Numbered from the stretch's first letter, positions 18,161 through 27,553 are shown. The stretch is 64,000 bases of DNA from Streptomycetaceae bacterium (GCA_027490815.1 JAIXXJ010000018.1:2595-66594); one strand, 5' to 3'. Numbers and translations are program-made. The notes: a model not told the origin generated them from the sequence alone.

Positions 18161-18162
18161 GA

Positions 18163-18801
18163 TTAAATTGTGACCTTACTCTTTTGCTCCAAAATCAACT
18201 TCAATGCAAGCTCTGCTGGATCTACAACTTCTAGTGATAGCTGTGATTGATCCACGTTAACTGCAGAGCAACCATTGATCACAACAGTTGCACCTTTTGC
18301 AGCCAACTTTTCCACGCCAACCTTGAGCGCTTTATGCCACAACTCTTCATCATTGATTGCATCAAAGCTTAAGTTCAATACTTCAAGACCTGCAAAGTGA
18401 TCGGCAAAGCCATATTCACCAATGCGACGCACAAGCTCTGCCCCAATTGTCTCGTTACGAGTTACAGCCCCAATTTTGTGACCTTGTGCGACAAGGTGGG
18501 CAGTAACACTTTCTAACATTCCAACTACTGAATCATTTGAACCCGGGCGAAAGCCTGGATCTAAAACACAATCTGGCATAACAACATCTGCTACATCGGC
18601 CTTCACATGACACATGTCATCCATCAACGCAGCATCACTTGAAAGAACATCTGATTGCAGATCAAGTGCAACAGGGCTTGCTGTGCTCAGGTTTCGAAGT
18701 TCAACAGTTAATCCAGCGGGTGCAAGACGGGTGTAGCGCTCTTGGCGACGTGCTAACTCTTCATCAGTAACATGAATCGGTGTAATCGCTACTACTCTCA
18801 T
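18163..18801 (-). CDS. Asp/Glu/hydantoin racemase-family protein
   Basis: Layout matches hydantoin racemases: MRVVAITPI, DVVMPDCVLDPG (first Cys block), GHKIGAVT, GATVVINGCSAV (second Cys block). Confidence 0.6.
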   Translation of the reverse strand: MRVVAITPIHVTDEELARRQERYTRLAPAGLTVELRNLSTASPVALDLQSDVLSSDAALMDDMCHVKADVADVVMPDCVLDPGFRPGSNDSVVGMLESVTAHLVAQGHKIGAVTRNETIGAELVRRIGEYGFADHFAGLEVLNLSFDAINDEELWHKALKVGVEKLAAKGATVVINGCSAVNVDQSQLSLEVVDPAELALKLILEQKSKVTI

Positions 18802-18890
18802 CTGTACTCCCCTGGGTTGTGTTGCTTAATTCTAGTTTTACGATGTCTGAAATAGTAAGCCCAAGGCAGGTCTTCCACAATCCAAAAAAT

Positions 18891-19286
18891 TTAGATTTTG
18901 ACCACAACTTCAACGATCGCCTGTGGCGTTGCGCTGCTACCTAGCTTTTGTTCAACATTAGTGGGCAGACCATTTATTTGCGCCGCCGATAACACCGCCA
19001 ACTGGGCTGCGATATCACTCATCCAATACAGAGCAACTGGCCCTGCCCGATCAATGATTCTCTGTGCTTCAAGAATCTGCGCCTCACTAAATTTGGGCAC
19101 GTCATTGTTGTTATCGTTAATCGTGTTGAGTAAATACCTCTTTATATCAACAGCAATACTGGTTGCATCAGCTGACTGGGTTATCAGCTCTTTTAACTGA
19201 CCATCTAAAGTGCGCGGCTTGCGCTTTTTCTTCTTTCGATTTAAAAATAGAAATATCACCAGGGTCAACAGCAGGAATTCGATCAT
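18891..19286 (-). CDS. Hypothetical membrane-anchored protein
   Basis: N-terminal TM helix (MIEFLLLTLVIFLFL) followed by a KKKKRK stop-transfer and a soluble domain. No family recognised. Confidence 0.5.
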   Translation of the reverse strand: MIEFLLLTLVIFLFLNRKKKKRKPRTLDGQLKELITQSADATSIAVDIKRYLLNTINDNNNDVPKFSEAQILEAQRIIDRAGPVALYWMSDIAAQLAVLSAAQINGLPTNVEQKLGSSATPQAIVEVVVKI

Positions 19287-19369
19287 GCCTAGAACCTAGC
19301 GACCCCCACTGACAATATAAAGAGGTGCTGACCCCCCCATTGCTATCGCCTGTGTATTAGAGTTTCAGT

Positions 19370-20041
19370 ATGGGATTTTTCGCCAACCTCAAACACAAGC
19401 GCGCTCAGAAAGATGCCCGTAAGCAGTTTGAACTAGAACAGGCCAACTGGGACGCTGACCACGCTCTGCTTGAAAAAATGGAGACAGTCTTTACCAATGC
19501 AAGTAACGGTATTGACTCTGTTCAAAACTTTTTAGTTAACGAAAAAGGCGAAGTTGTTCTCTTTAGTGCACCTGCAATCTTTCATGAAACAAGACGCGGG
19601 CCTAGCCAATTTGTTGGTGGATCATCGGGTGTAAGCATTCCTGTTGTCGCAGGTATTCGCTTTCGTGTTGGCGCAATGCGCGGGACATCACTACCTGGGG
19701 CTGACTCGCAAGCAGATCTTGATCAAGGCAACGTTATTGTGACAACAACTCGTATTCTCTTTGTTGGCCCTATGTATACAAAGGAGTGGGAGTTCTCCAA
19801 ACTATTAGGAGCATCGACCCTTAATGATGACTCTGACTACATCTTTAATGTTTCAAACCGCCAAAAATCATCCGGTGTTCGAGTACAAGCCCACCTGGGC
19901 CCAGAATTTAATCGTGTATTGGCGCTAGCAATCACCGCAGCAGAGGCTGGAGTTGGCGCAGTACTTGCAGAGCTAAAAAACATTCGCAAAGAATTAACTA
20001 CAAATAAGCCGATGTTAGAACTGCCTAGCCCGCCGGCTTAA
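19370..20041 (+). CDS. Hypothetical protein (possible bacterial PH-like domain)
   Basis: 223-aa ORF with good coding look. The GNVIVTTTRILFVGP...EWEFSKL block resembles bPH-type domains. Weak assignment. Confidence 0.5.
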   Translation: MGFFANLKHKRAQKDARKQFELEQANWDADHALLEKMETVFTNASNGIDSVQNFLVNEKGEVVLFSAPAIFHETRRGPSQFVGGSSGVSIPVVAGIRFRVGAMRGTSLPGADSQADLDQGNVIVTTTRILFVGPMYTKEWEFSKLLGASTLNDDSDYIFNVSNRQKSSGVRVQAHLGPEFNRVLALAITAAEAGVGAVLAELKNIRKELTTNKPMLELPSPPA

Positions 20042-20063
20042 AAACTACTAGTTAGTCCTTTAT

Positions 20064-20429
20064 TTACTTCTTAGTCTGGCGCCAGTGATAAAGATAGAGC
20101 GGTGCGGCAACTGAGATAGTGATGAAGGAAGAGAAAATTCCTTTAATCGCTTGTATTTGATTATCTCTTTCTTGCTGCTCCACTAGCTCAGGCAATGGCG
20201 CATTTTCAGGCTTTGCATAGACATCTATATAGACAGGGTTAGGAAATATTGTGTTCATGATCGCATTGATCAAAGAAACAGTTGAAAACAAAACCACGAG
20301 CAAAGTGATTAGGCATACGGCATAGAGATAGAGAGAACGCCAATCAATGCGATCACCATGTGGTTGCACTGCTGGGGCTTTTACAGATTTTGCAACAGAT
20401 TTCTTTGCAACCTTCTTAGCTATAGCCAT
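20064..20429 (-). CDS. Hypothetical two-TM membrane protein
   Basis: Lys/Ala-rich N-terminus and two hydrophobic helices. No family assigned with confidence. Confidence 0.5.
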   Translation of the reverse strand: MAIAKKVAKKSVAKSVKAPAVQPHGDRIDWRSLYLYAVCLITLLVVLFSTVSLINAIMNTIFPNPVYIDVYAKPENAPLPELVEQQERDNQIQAIKGIFSSFITISVAAPLYLYHWRQTKK

Positions 20430-20477
20430 AGTTATCTCCTAGTGCACTTGATGGGTTGAAGTAATCTCGTGCTGACT

Positions 20478-20612
20478 TTAGAGACCTTTGAGGAATCCAA
20501 AAAAAGCCATTGTGCCTGCGGCAATTAGAAACAAGCTCAGTGGAACCCAACCAAAGATCTTGTAAGGGGTGATCTTTCCGGTCTTCACGCCGGTTTCATT
20601 TTCTCTGTTCAT
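20478..20612 (-). CDS. Possible 44-aa single-TM mini-protein
   Basis: MNRENETGVKTGKITPYKIFGWVPLSLFLIAAGTMAFFGFLKGL*. The longer 124-aa track ORF overlaps the opposite-strand monooxygenase gene and looks non-coding upstream of this Met. Confidence 0.3.
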   Translation of the reverse strand: MNRENETGVKTGKITPYKIFGWVPLSLFLIAAGTMAFFGFLKGL

Positions 20613-20693
20613 ACGCCAAGGGTATCGAAACTGCGCGCAGTTAGTTGCATGTGGGGGTGTTGCCCAAAGGGCAGTTTCTGTATTCTTGAGCTT

Positions 20694-21905
20694 ATGAAGA
20701 TGCGAAAACTGTTGATTCCAGTAGCAGCGGTTTTGATTACATCTCTTATGCCACATATTGCAGATGCAGCCACTGCGCCAAAGGTGAAAAAACCAAAGGC
20801 AACTGCTGCGCCAACGCTCAAAAAATATAGCGTCACAATGGCTAAGGCGCACCTTCCATCTGCTCCTAATAAAGGCACAGATGATTACCGTTGCTTTTTG
20901 CTTGATCCTAAGGTCAATGAAGATTCAATTATTCGCTCTATCGAATTTATCCCACAGCGCAAAAACTATGTTCACCACGCAATTATCTTTCGTGTAACAG
21001 AGGCTGACATCCCAGAAGCAATTGCAAAAGATAAAAGCGGAATCGGCTGGCCATGTTTTGGTGGCACAAGCCTTGGCGGAATGATGTCATCATTTGTTTC
21101 ATCTCCATGGATTAGCTCCTGGGCACCTGGTGGCCGTAAAGATGTTGCTCCCGCAGGCTATGGAACACCCTTTAAAAAGGGAGAACGTTTTGTCTTGCAG
21201 GTTCACTACAACTTACTTGCAGCAACAGATGGAAAGATTGAAACTGATCAATCCACAATCAACATGGAAGCAGTGCCTGCAAAAGGTTCAAAGATTAAGC
21301 AATTACAGCTAGAACTATTTGCAGCCCCCGTTGAACTAGCCTGCCTGCCAGGTGTGACAGGCCCGCTGTGTGATCGCAGACAGTCCATACTAGATCTTGC
21401 ATCCAGAACAGATCTATTAAGTGCGCAGCAAGCCAACGCACTCAATTTCATTTGCGGACAAAACCCCAACAGACCAACACCATCGTTAACGTCAAGATGT
21501 GACAAGGTCATGGGCAAATACTTCAGCATCGTTGCAGCAGGCCCCCACATGCACTTATTGGGAAAGTCTCTAAAAATGACTCTTAACCCCGGCCGAGCAG
21601 ATGAAAAAACGATTCTAGATGTTCCTTATTACAACTTTGATGATCAATCAACAACGTATTTGAAGACACCAATTGCCGTAAACCCTGGTGACACGATTCG
21701 TGTTGAATGCACATTTGATCCAACGCTTAGACAAAAGATCCCGCAGCTAAAAAGCCTAGAGCCACGCTATGTCACATGGGGTGAAGGATCATCAGATGAA
21801 ATGTGTCTTGGAGTTCTAGCCGGGACTACAGAGCTCGGGCAAAGCAAGGCACTGCGCTCTAATCCGCCTGCGAAAAAAACACCAAAGCTCCATCACAATC
21901 ACTAA
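20694..21905 (+). CDS. Secreted copper type II ascorbate-dependent monooxygenase-like protein (PHM/DBH fold)
   Basis: Signal peptide MKMRKLLIPVAAVLITSLMPHIADA. Ligand pattern HH (YVHHAIIF) ... H (LQVHYN) ... HxH (GPHMHLLG) ... M (SSDEMCLG) in the order of the CuH/CuM sites. Start moved to ATG 20694. Confidence 0.7.
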   Translation: MKMRKLLIPVAAVLITSLMPHIADAATAPKVKKPKATAAPTLKKYSVTMAKAHLPSAPNKGTDDYRCFLLDPKVNEDSIIRSIEFIPQRKNYVHHAIIFRVTEADIPEAIAKDKSGIGWPCFGGTSLGGMMSSFVSSPWISSWAPGGRKDVAPAGYGTPFKKGERFVLQVHYNLLAATDGKIETDQSTINMEAVPAKGSKIKQLQLELFAAPVELACLPGVTGPLCDRRQSILDLASRTDLLSAQQANALNFICGQNPNRPTPSLTSRCDKVMGKYFSIVAAGPHMHLLGKSLKMTLNPGRADEKTILDVPYYNFDDQSTTYLKTPIAVNPGDTIRVECTFDPTLRQKIPQLKSLEPRYVTWGEGSSDEMCLGVLAGTTELGQSKALRSNPPAKKTPKLHHNH

Positions 21906-21929
21906 CTTCAACAACTCAATCAGGCCAAC

Positions 21930-22295
21930 ATGAACGCCATTAGAAAAACCCTGCAGGCCGGATCCATTGTTTTTGGTGCATCTGGGCTTTTTCTTCTTAT
22001 TCTGCCAGCGCTATTTCTAGATCTTCTAGCGCTAGAGACAAACGAGCAGTTAGTTTGGTCAATGCGCATGATCGGCATAACAGTTTTCGCACTAGCCGGG
22101 AACATGTGGAACAACGCCGCCCACAGCAGTGATATGCGAGTGGCAAACGTTGCCAAAGTAATGTGCGTAAGTGCCACAGCCCTAGGTGTTTTGACTCTTA
22201 TGATCCCAGCAGAGCTAACCTGGTTTACCTATCTATATGCAGCAGTGGGATTTGGTTTTGGTATTGCCTACGTAATCGGTCTTATCCGTAGATAG
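21930..22295 (+). CDS. Hypothetical four-TM membrane protein
   Basis: 121 aa and strongly hydrophobic. Its last four codons and stop lie inside the left 47-bp repeat. Confidence 0.5.
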   Translation: MNAIRKTLQAGSIVFGASGLFLLILPALFLDLLALETNEQLVWSMRMIGITVFALAGNMWNNAAHSSDMRVANVAKVMCVSATALGVLTLMIPAELTWFTYLYAAVGFGFGIAYVIGLIRR

Positions 22296-22374
22296 TGTCT
22301 TGCTCTAAATCATCACGGCCTGTAACAGGTTTTGGTCTGCGCGCTGCCCACGCCACCGTCGACCACTCTTCACT
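22282..22374 (-). pseudogene. Orphan 3' fragment of a doxX-like gene
   Basis: The minus-strand frame reads SEEWSTVAWAARRPKPVTGRDDLEQDTIYG* directly after an in-frame TGA. Compare the intact C-terminus ...ALWCTGAWRARKAEPPVTDRDDLEQDTIYG* at 30072. Confidence 0.7.
22283..22329. repeat. Left copy of the 47-bp direct repeat (attL-like)
   Basis: tatccgtagatagtgtcttgctctaaatcatcacggCctgtaacagg, identical to 30073-30119 except C at 22319 versus T at 30109. Confidence 0.9.
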
Positions 22375-22401
22375 TCAAAAGTTATCAAGCTCAATAAATA
22401 A

Positions 22402-23457
22402 CTAGTAGGTGAGGGTCATCTTTGAAAGCCCCTCAGGACTGTCGGGGTTCTTGCCCAAAGCGAGTGCCCATAAATACGAGAGTTGTTGGCCACGAATGAT
22501 TATAGGAATCGAATTCAAGATTTCTGATAAACCTTGGGGAATTGGAAGTGAAGATTTACGGTCAAGACTGCTGATGAAGGTGGTGATTCCCATTTCCCGT
22601 AATCTGAGATTCAAATTTGATAATTCTTCACTGTTGACGCCGCCTGGGTCGAAAATTATCACGGGCAACTCTCGATCAACAGCAGCGATTGGGCCATGAA
22701 CAAAATCTGCTGAGGAAATTCCGTGCGCAAAAACCCCTGATGTCTCCTTTATTTTAATGGCAGCTTCTAGCACTGCGCCATACACCAGGCCTCGACTAAT
22801 TATTTGCAATCTATTTGCCTTCAGGCATTGTGTAACAACTCGTTCGGCGCTATCAAAATCTCCAAGAACCTCTTTTACTACATTGGGCAATCTATCGAGT
22901 TGGAGTTGTGAGATTGGAGATTCCAATCCTTTTGATTTTGCCAATGCAGAAGCAATTTTTAGTACTGCTAGTACTTGCGCAGTTACAGTTTTGGTTGCGG
23001 GAACTGCCTCTTCAGGTCCTGCTCTTAAATCAAGATGTAGGTCAGCAATTCTTGATAACGAATTTTCTGATGAGTTTGTAATAGCAATGATTTTTGAACC
23101 TCTACCCTTGAGTGCAGAGGCAGCAGCTGTCACCTCGGGAGTGCCGCCAGACTGACTCATAGCGACTATCACATAATTCTCGTATAAAGCGTGAGGGGTA
23201 TACCTCGTAGACAAACTGGGCGCAGCCAAACTTGCAGGGAATCCTGCATATGCTTCCACGGCGTATCTACCGATCGTTGCGGCATTATCAGATGATCCGC
23301 GCCCAACGAACACAACTCCATGAATGGTTTCAGGAAGAACTTTGCAGATGTCTGCAATATCTGAATTCCATTGAAGAATTGCATTTCCCAAGACATTGGG
23401 TTGTTCCGACATTTCACGCAACATCAACTGCCCAGTGTCTAACTTATTTATTGTCAT
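22402..23457 (-). CDS. SIS-domain sugar-phosphate isomerase/deaminase-like protein (GlmS C-domain / AgaS / FrlB type)
   Basis: MLREMSEQP start typical of this group. Two SIS repeats with GRGSSDNAA and MSQSGGTPE. Confidence 0.8.
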   Translation of the reverse strand: MTINKLDTGQLMLREMSEQPNVLGNAILQWNSDIADICKVLPETIHGVVFVGRGSSDNAATIGRYAVEAYAGFPASLAAPSLSTRYTPHALYENYVIVAMSQSGGTPEVTAAASALKGRGSKIIAITNSSENSLSRIADLHLDLRAGPEEAVPATKTVTAQVLAVLKIASALAKSKGLESPISQLQLDRLPNVVKEVLGDFDSAERVVTQCLKANRLQIISRGLVYGAVLEAAIKIKETSGVFAHGISSADFVHGPIAAVDRELPVIIFDPGGVNSEELSNLNLRLREMGITTFISSLDRKSSLPIPQGLSEILNSIPIIIRGQQLSYLWALALGKNPDSPEGLSKMTLTY

Positions 23458-23471
23458 AATTAAATTCAGGA

Positions 23472-24203
23472 CTAATTTGAGCTTCCGGTAATTTTTGAAA
23501 CGATGTCGTTTTTTGTTACCTGCGATGTCTGGTACTCGCCAATATATTCGCCACGCCTCAGAATAGATATCTTCGAAGTTAACCTAAATACTTGATCCAA
23601 ATTATGTGAGATAAGAAAGATTGAAGTACCCCGTAAAGATAAGTTTCTAATTAGTTCTTCAACCTTAGCTGTCTCAGCAATACCGAGTGCTGCAGTTGGC
23701 TCATCCATGATAACTAGAGATTGACTCCAACGAGCAGCACGCGCAATCGCGACTGCTTGTCGCTGACCACCAGATAATGATCCAATCGGAAGCTTTACGC
23801 TCGGAATGTTTACACCAAGTTCCAGAAATAGCTTTTCAGCTTCCCTGCTCATCATTTTATGATCAAGCAGTCTAATTGCAGGCTTTGTGGCTTCACGCCC
23901 GAGAAACAGGTTTAGGTAAACAGGACGCTGTGGAACAAGTGCTAAATCTTGCAAAACAGTTTCGATGCCAGCTTTACGTGCGTCTAAAGCTGATTTTAGA
24001 GTTACAGAACTATCATTAACGAAAATTTCCCCAGCGTCAGGCTTGTACAAGCCAGAAAGCATTTTCACGACAGTACTTTTACCGGCACCATTATCGCCGA
24101 CTAATGCAACAACTTCTCCTTGGTTTATTTCAACAGAGTATTTCTGTACTGCTTTTACTGCACCAAAAGATTTTTCTAAATTATTTGCTTTTATCGATTG
24201 CAC
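23472..24203 (-). CDS. ABC transporter ATP-binding protein (single NBD, sugar/CUT2-associated)
   Basis: Walker A GDNGAGKST, signature LSGGQRQAVAIARA, Walker B IMDEPTAAL. GTG start overlaps the upstream stop (TAGTG). Confidence 0.9.
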   Translation of the reverse strand: MQSIKANNLEKSFGAVKAVQKYSVEINQGEVVALVGDNGAGKSTVVKMLSGLYKPDAGEIFVNDSSVTLKSALDARKAGIETVLQDLALVPQRPVYLNLFLGREATKPAIRLLDHKMMSREAEKLFLELGVNIPSVKLPIGSLSGGQRQAVAIARAARWSQSLVIMDEPTAALGIAETAKVEELIRNLSLRGTSIFLISHNLDQVFRLTSKISILRRGEYIGEYQTSQVTKNDIVSKITGSSN

Positions 24204-25402
24204 TACTTACTCCAATCTCTGACTAAAGTTTTTGCGCCTGATGAACCATAATGATGTAATGCCCTGGGATTTGTTGACGAATTCTCAATTCCTACAGTCA
24301 TTCCCCGAGAGACAAATACTTGGGGCCTAAACCCAAAAACAACGGTGCTTCCAATCGGCGGTAATTTGCCACTTTTATTTGGACTCAATGCTGCGTAATA
24401 ATCAATTGCACCTGGATTTGGCATGTCTGCTTCAAGGATTTCGAAGTCTCCACTGTCTGTGAATACGGCAGCCTTTGTTGGAATGTCTCCAAGAACTGGA
24501 TCCATGTACAAACCACCGCCTAAGACAAAAGCTCTGCCTTGATGATGGTGCATGACTTCAGTGACATAAGCGATTGCAGGTTTTTCAATCGTTTCAACCA
24601 CAGCACTCAAAGGTGTGGTGCCAGTTAAGCCATGACCTGGTTCAACTTGTGTCGCCCCCGCTTTAGCAAGCATCTCAATTCCTTCTAACGAAGTTGTGCC
24701 AGGCATGTTTCTGATCAACCCATAACCAAGTAGTTCTTCAAGCTGTACCGCAACTTTTTGTATGAGTTCTGCATTCTTGGTTATCTTCAATTTATTGGTG
24801 TTTTTATCAAACAGGAGCGCTGGAAAACTCGTGACTCCAGCCAATTTTAAGTTCTTAATATTGGATAATTGCTTGGCGACATCTAAAACCTCAGAAGAAT
24901 GAAATCCCCCCTCATGGCCCTTATAAAACGTGCAGTCCTCATCCCAAACTCTGAGTGAAACATTTATGACTTGATTGTTTTCTGCTGCTACTTTTGCGAT
25001 TTCTCTTGCTTGAGCAATAGAAAAAATTGTCCATAAAGCCGGCTCCAAAGCAATTGCTCTAGAAATCTGACTTTTGGGAATCTGAACTAAATGCCCAATG
25101 TGGGAAATCTTTAGTCCGGCAGCATGTGAATAAACTCCACACTCATAGTCCACTGCAACGGATCCGCTTATTCCACCAGCCCATACCGCTTTACAAAAAT
25201 CAGGATTACGCCCAACTTGCTTCGTCATAGCAATAACATCGACACCAAGGCTTTTGCCCTTTTCGGACAGAAGCCTGGCATTCGTTGTAACCGTTTCAAG
25301 ATCTAATACATATGTATTGGCATCAATTGCACCCTTTTGGTGTAGCTGAACTGCGGCTTTGAGGAAATGGAAGTTTCTATCAAGTAACGGTTGCAAAAAC
25401 AT
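24203..25402 (-). CDS. Fold-type III PLP enzyme, alanine-racemase-N-like (YhfX-type)
   Basis: 399 aa. The N-terminal region resembles the YhfX putative amino-acid racemase family (VLDLETVTTNARLL...AMTKQVGRNP, candidate PLP Lys). Assignment is from memory of the family, not a search. Confidence 0.55.
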   Translation of the reverse strand: MFLQPLLDRNFHFLKAAVQLHQKGAIDANTYVLDLETVTTNARLLSEKGKSLGVDVIAMTKQVGRNPDFCKAVWAGGISGSVAVDYECGVYSHAAGLKISHIGHLVQIPKSQISRAIALEPALWTIFSIAQAREIAKVAAENNQVINVSLRVWDEDCTFYKGHEGGFHSSEVLDVAKQLSNIKNLKLAGVTSFPALLFDKNTNKLKITKNAELIQKVAVQLEELLGYGLIRNMPGTTSLEGIEMLAKAGATQVEPGHGLTGTTPLSAVVETIEKPAIAYVTEVMHHHQGRAFVLGGGLYMDPVLGDIPTKAAVFTDSGDFEILEADMPNPGAIDYYAALSPNKSGKLPPIGSTVVFGFRPQVFVSRGMTVGIENSSTNPRALHHYGSSGAKTLVRDWSK

Positions 25403-26338
25403 CTAATTATCTCCCTTGGATTTAGACGATACAGACAGAGCGAGTAAGAGCACTAAGCCCTGCACAATAATCTGCTGTGTAACCGAGAAACCTGCAAGCA
25501 GGAGCCCGTTAGTTAACAACCCCAGCAAGACACTTCCAGCCAATAAACCAGGAATGCTGCCTTTTCCACCGAACAATGAGGTGCCACCAATTACTGTTGC
25601 AGCAATTACCGTCAGTGTGTCACCAGAGCCCATAATGTAGCTTGCACTTTCCAATCTGCCGGCATACAAAAGTCCAATCAATCCGGCACCAAAGCCACTA
25701 AAAACCATAACAAGCATTTTTACGCGGGCGACTTTAATACCTTGTGATTGGGCCGATGTTGGATTGTCACCAACAGCAAGAACCCATGCCCCAAATTTTG
25801 TGTGCTGCAAGACTACATAGCCAATAACAAGCAAAGCAGTAGCCCAAATGATCATTGACGGGATTCCATAAAACTTTCCGCCACCAAAAAAACCAGCAAA
25901 ACTGCGGTCTCCAACAGAGAGGGTTCTTAAATCCGTTGTCCAACGTGCGACACCTGTAATAACACCCGTAAACGCTAATGTCGTCAAAAATGAAGGAAGC
26001 TTAACAACCGTAACAAAAAATCCATTTATAAAGCCAACAAGACTACTAACTAAAAGTGCCAGTAATGCTGACAAAATCCAGTGAAGGCCTGCCTGCAAAC
26101 TGATGGCTACCACGAGTGTTGACAAACCAATAGTTGCACCAAGACTCAAATCAATTTCACGCGCAGAAAGCACAAAGCAAGTGAACATAGCCATAATTGC
26201 AATTGGTGCACTTTGTATTAGAACATTCAAGAGATTACTTGTAGTAAAAAACCCATCATTTCTAAGCAAAATTGAAAATAAAACAAAGACAGTCAACAGA
26301 GCAAAGTATATGAAATTTTCTTTTAGAACTTTTGTCAC
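25403..26338 (-). CDS. Sugar ABC transporter permease (RbsC/CUT2-like)
   Basis: 311 aa, about 9-10 hydrophobic segments, RbsC-like pattern. Its stop abuts the next gene's start. Confidence 0.85.
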   Translation of the reverse strand: MTKVLKENFIYFALLTVFVLFSILLRNDGFFTTSNLLNVLIQSAPIAIMAMFTCFVLSAREIDLSLGATIGLSTLVVAISLQAGLHWILSALLALLVSSLVGFINGFFVTVVKLPSFLTTLAFTGVITGVARWTTDLRTLSVGDRSFAGFFGGGKFYGIPSMIIWATALLVIGYVVLQHTKFGAWVLAVGDNPTSAQSQGIKVARVKMLVMVFSGFGAGLIGLLYAGRLESASYIMGSGDTLTVIAATVIGGTSLFGGKGSIPGLLAGSVLLGLLTNGLLLAGFSVTQQIIVQGLVLLLALSVSSKSKGDN

Positions 26339-26364
26339 TGTCTCATCCCTTTTTTTGTAATGAG

Positions 26365-26398
26365 AGAACTGGGCGCTAGCGAACTAGCGCCCAGTTCT
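26365..26398 (-). promoter_or_regulatory. Intercistronic stem-loop after the SBP gene
   Basis: AGAACTGGGCGCTAG-CGAA-CTAGCGCCCAGTTCT: perfect 15-bp stem with no U-tract on the transcribed strand. Confidence 0.6.
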
Positions 26399-26407
26399 AA
26401 CTCTTTT

Positions 26408-27493
26408 CTAGTCGAGCTCTTTCTTAATGATTGCAGGTAGAGGACGGTTAAGAGAAAGTTTCCAACCCTCTTCGATATTGCTCGCAGTAACAGTTAATGC
26501 TGGAGCAATTAGGAATGGAGGTACTTTGCCTTTTACTAATCCGATTGCACCTGCGACTGCCATGCACTCACCCAGCGCATAGGCTGCGTCTGCAGTGATT
26601 GACGCTACGTTTCCGTTGCGTACCATGTCAACCGCGAGTGGCTCTGATAGATCCAGAGTAACAATCTTGGTTGTTTTGTTCCCGGCAGCTTTCAGCGCAG
26701 CAAGCACACCTTCAGCAGGTTGCGCCCACGTAACATAAACACCTCCGAGATTTGGATTCTTGGCCAGCATTGCTTGAGCAATTTCCTGTCCCTTGGCTGG
26801 ATCAGTTAAACCCTGCTCTGAAACAATTTTCATATTTGGATACTTGCTCAAAATACGTGCCTTGAACGCTTGGTCGCGCTGATTTGTTACATAGTAGGCG
26901 GCGTCATGGAAGACATATCCAACTTCGCCCTTCGCACCCATTGCTGTTGCCAATGAATCAGCAGCTTTAATTCCCATCTGTGCAAGATCGTCGGTGACTA
27001 TTGTTACGTACTCTTTACCATAAGCGAACTTGTCTGGAACGTTTGACAGGAATACCAATTTTGTCTTAGCTGCTACTGCAGATTTATATGCAGCAGCCGC
27101 CGCTACGCCATCAAAAGGTAAACCAAGTATGAGAGATGGCTTTTTGGCCATTGCAGTATCGACGTTAGCCTTCTGTTTTGCAGTATCAAATTGCGCATCG
27201 CCAGTTGCTACAACTTTGATACCCATACGCTTCAATGAAGCTGCTGCACCGGCGTTAACCGCTGTAACGAAATCACTCGAAGTGTGCCAAAGAAGTGCAG
27301 CAGAAAATTTGCCTGCTTTAACTGACTTTGCTTGCGCGCTCGTGAGTTTTACCGTTGCACAGGCAGTTGCCGCTTCGCCATTTGGCCCCTTGGTTACCAA
27401 TGCATTTGCATTAGCAGCTTGAAAAGACCCCGTTAAGGTAGTCAATGCCAGGACAATGGCTCCAACTCCCGCTATTTGCTTTCTATTCTTCAT
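26408..27493 (-). CDS. Sugar ABC transporter substrate-binding protein (RbsB/LacI-type periplasmic binding fold)
   Basis: Signal peptide with no lipobox. Start set to ATG 27493, which is preceded by GGAGGG 5 nt upstream; the track ORF starts at 27517. Confidence 0.8.
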   Translation of the reverse strand: MKNRKQIAGVGAIVLALTTLTGSFQAANANALVTKGPNGEAATACATVKLTSAQAKSVKAGKFSAALLWHTSSDFVTAVNAGAAASLKRMGIKVVATGDAQFDTAKQKANVDTAMAKKPSLILGLPFDGVAAAAAYKSAVAAKTKLVFLSNVPDKFAYGKEYVTIVTDDLAQMGIKAADSLATAMGAKGEVGYVFHDAAYYVTNQRDQAFKARILSKYPNMKIVSEQGLTDPAKGQEIAQAMLAKNPNLGGVYVTWAQPAEGVLAALKAAGNKTTKIVTLDLSEPLAVDMVRNGNVASITADAAYALGECMAVAGAIGLVKGKVPPFLIAPALTVTASNIEEGWKLSLNRPLPAIIKKELD

Positions 27494-27553
27494 TTTTCCC
27501 TCCTTTGGGAATTTCACCGCTGACCCCCCTGGCCTCCAGTGAAAACTGTTTAT

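Noticed and set aside
20478-20878. The 124-aa and 89-aa minus-strand ORFs overlapping the start of the copper-monooxygenase-like gene.
   Set aside because: The sequence upstream of the MNRENET Met is Cys/Trp/Arg-rich and non-protein-like, and it overlaps a gene with a clear signal peptide. Only the C-terminal 44 aa were kept, at low confidence.
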